Positions 62,087 through 64,000 of a stretch of DNA of 64,000 nucleotides are shown piece after piece (the stretch's first letter is position 1; the number at the start of each line of letters is the position of its first letter). A program made the translations under genes and the position numbers. The stretch comes from Lytechinus pictus (Eukaryota). Location: the NCBI RefSeq assembly GCF_037042905.1, contig NC_087246.1:4962001-5026000 (forward strand), written 5' to 3'. The notes under the pieces are model-generated. The model was not told the DNA's origin and ran no database searches. It was given only the letters and a program-made list of their open reading frames with translations.

Positions 62087-63494
62087 GTAGGAAAGAGCGC
62101 TGGCCCAGACGGCATATCTACCCGCTTGATCAGAGAATATGCCCTCGAACTTTCCACAACGATCTGCGAAATAATCAATATGCTTCACTGGAACAAGGTA
62201 TTGTACCACAACAATGGAAAGAGTCAACAATAGTGCCTGTTCCTAAATCTTCCCCTGCAACCATTGATAAACCGAGACCGATTGCCCTCTCCAGCCATTT
62301 CGCAAAACTTGCTGAAAAATTTGTTTGCAAGTGGCTACTCCGAGACATAGAAGGCACATTGGACCCTCATCAATATGGAAACAAGGCTAAGACATCTACC
62401 ACGCACTACCTTGTTAACTTGTTAGACTTCCTCCATTCCAATGCTGACAAACCTGGTTATACCTCAACAGTGGTACTGACTGACTTTTCAAAAGCATTCG
62501 ATCTAGCTTGTAGATCTCAACATTGCTATTCGCAATTTTTTTTCTCTTGGAGCTACATTGGAGCTACACCTGAACTAATCCCATGGCTGTCGAGTTTCCT
62601 AACCCAAAGAACCCAACGGGTGAGGTATAGTGGTGAATTATCAGACCAGCGAGTAACACATGCTGGCGTCCCTCAAGGGACACGATTGGGTCCCTTACTC
62701 TTCCTCGCACTCGTGAATGATGCCCTCCTTGAATCATCGGTCCCTAGGTGGAAGTACGTTGATGATCTTACACTGGCAGAGAGTCGACCATCATGACCAT
62801 CAACATCCACTGGCAGTATTTCAGTCGCTGTGCACGAACTAGAGACTTGGTGTAGAAACGCTAATATGAAGCTAAACCCTAGTAAATGTCAATCCCTTCA
62901 AGTGTCTTTCGGTAGAAACCCCCCATTGCCACAACCAGTTAGCATCTCTAATCAAGTCATCGAAAATTCAAATCATGTAAAACTGTTGGGTTTCTCAATC
63001 CAAAATGACTTGAAGTGGAGTCTTCACATCACTGACATCGTATCCAGAGCAAGTAAAAAACTGTACATGATTCGTAGTCTGAAAAAGTTCAACCTCTCTA
63101 GAAAAGACCTGCTATAACTATCTTTACATGCTATCTACGACCCATACTAGAGTACTGTGCACCTGTGTGGCACTCGTCCATAACAGCCAATGAATCAAAA
63201 CAAATAGAATCTATCCAGAAAAGAGCATTGCGTATAATTTTTGGCAAAGATTATTACTCATATGATAATGCACTTTCAACTTCTGGCCTTACAACCTTGT
63301 ATGACAGACGTGTCACTTTGTGTATGAAATTTGCACTGTCCCTTGAAAAGTTCTTTCCCCATTGGCTACCCCCCAAACAATCCGTATTCAGAGCCCTCCG
63401 AAATAGTGAGAAATATAGACTGACGAAGTGCCGCACAGAACGATACAAGAAAAGTACTATGCCCTATCTAATCAGGCGTTTAAATGATAGATGA
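62087..63494 (+). pseudogene. Disabled CR1-group (Rex1/L2-related) LINE reverse transcriptase fragment
   Basis: KSAGPDGI, RPIALSS, HQYG, DFSKAFD, GVPQGTRLGPLLF, KYVDD, LNPSK and ESIQKRALRII, spread over several frames with stops and frameshifts. Confidence 0.88.
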
Positions 63495-64000
63495 GTAACA
63501 CACATAATGTTTCCATGAAGTTTAAATGTGCTATGTATTTCCCCAAATGAATTGATCTTATAATGTATTAATTATCCTTTTTATATCCATGTTGAATATT
63601 ATCAATTTCCTATGTATGTTTTAGTAATTATATATTCGTTTATATTGCAAACAGCAGATGAACGAAACAATGGCCAATTTGACAGATTATGCCTTTATCC
63701 TATTTTGAAACAATACCCCATTTATTTTTAAACTTAAATAATAATTTGCTGAAAGATGTTTTTTACCCCCCCCCCCTCCCGTTCCATATATCTTTATCTC
63801 CATTATGTTGAACCTTTAAGATTTTTTTGTTCAGCAGGACCGTTTTTTCTTCTTTACGTTCTACTTGTAAATGCTCCATTAATTATATGTACATTTTTCT
63901 GTAACCCCTGCCAGTAGGCCTACTCGTAATTACATGTAGCATCACTTCTAATAACCGCTTCCTTACACACACTCAACTTATCATTTCTCTTATTTTGCAA

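Overview
AT-rich eukaryotic (metazoan) genomic DNA; the repeat families suggest a marine invertebrate such as an echinoderm, which is inference only. Positions 1-~33,570 are one tandem array of a ~130-bp monomer (roughly 210-220 copies, my estimate). The array has higher-order structure (a ~386-bp trimer, ~2.2-2.6-kb units, a 9.68-kb duplication) and carries nine copies of one ~597-bp TTAA-flanked Kolobok/T2-type MITE at the same monomer position. The conserved ~85-nt monomer core is an imperfect hairpin with degenerate hammerhead-like words. The rest of the window is a mosaic of nested non-autonomous DNA elements (Kolobok-, hAT-, Academ-, Harbinger- and Helentron/HINE-like), decayed L2/CR1-group LINE fragments and one recent 5'-truncated RTE retrotransposon with an open 2-kb RT frame. 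The only clear host gene is a spliced TRIAP1/Mdm35 (77 aa, twin CX9C; coding exons 46935-47078 and 49060-49149), which the ORF track misses. A divergent minus-strand transcript near 45,100-45,370 is possible but unproven. Superfamily labels rest on terminus and TSD signatures, not database searches.
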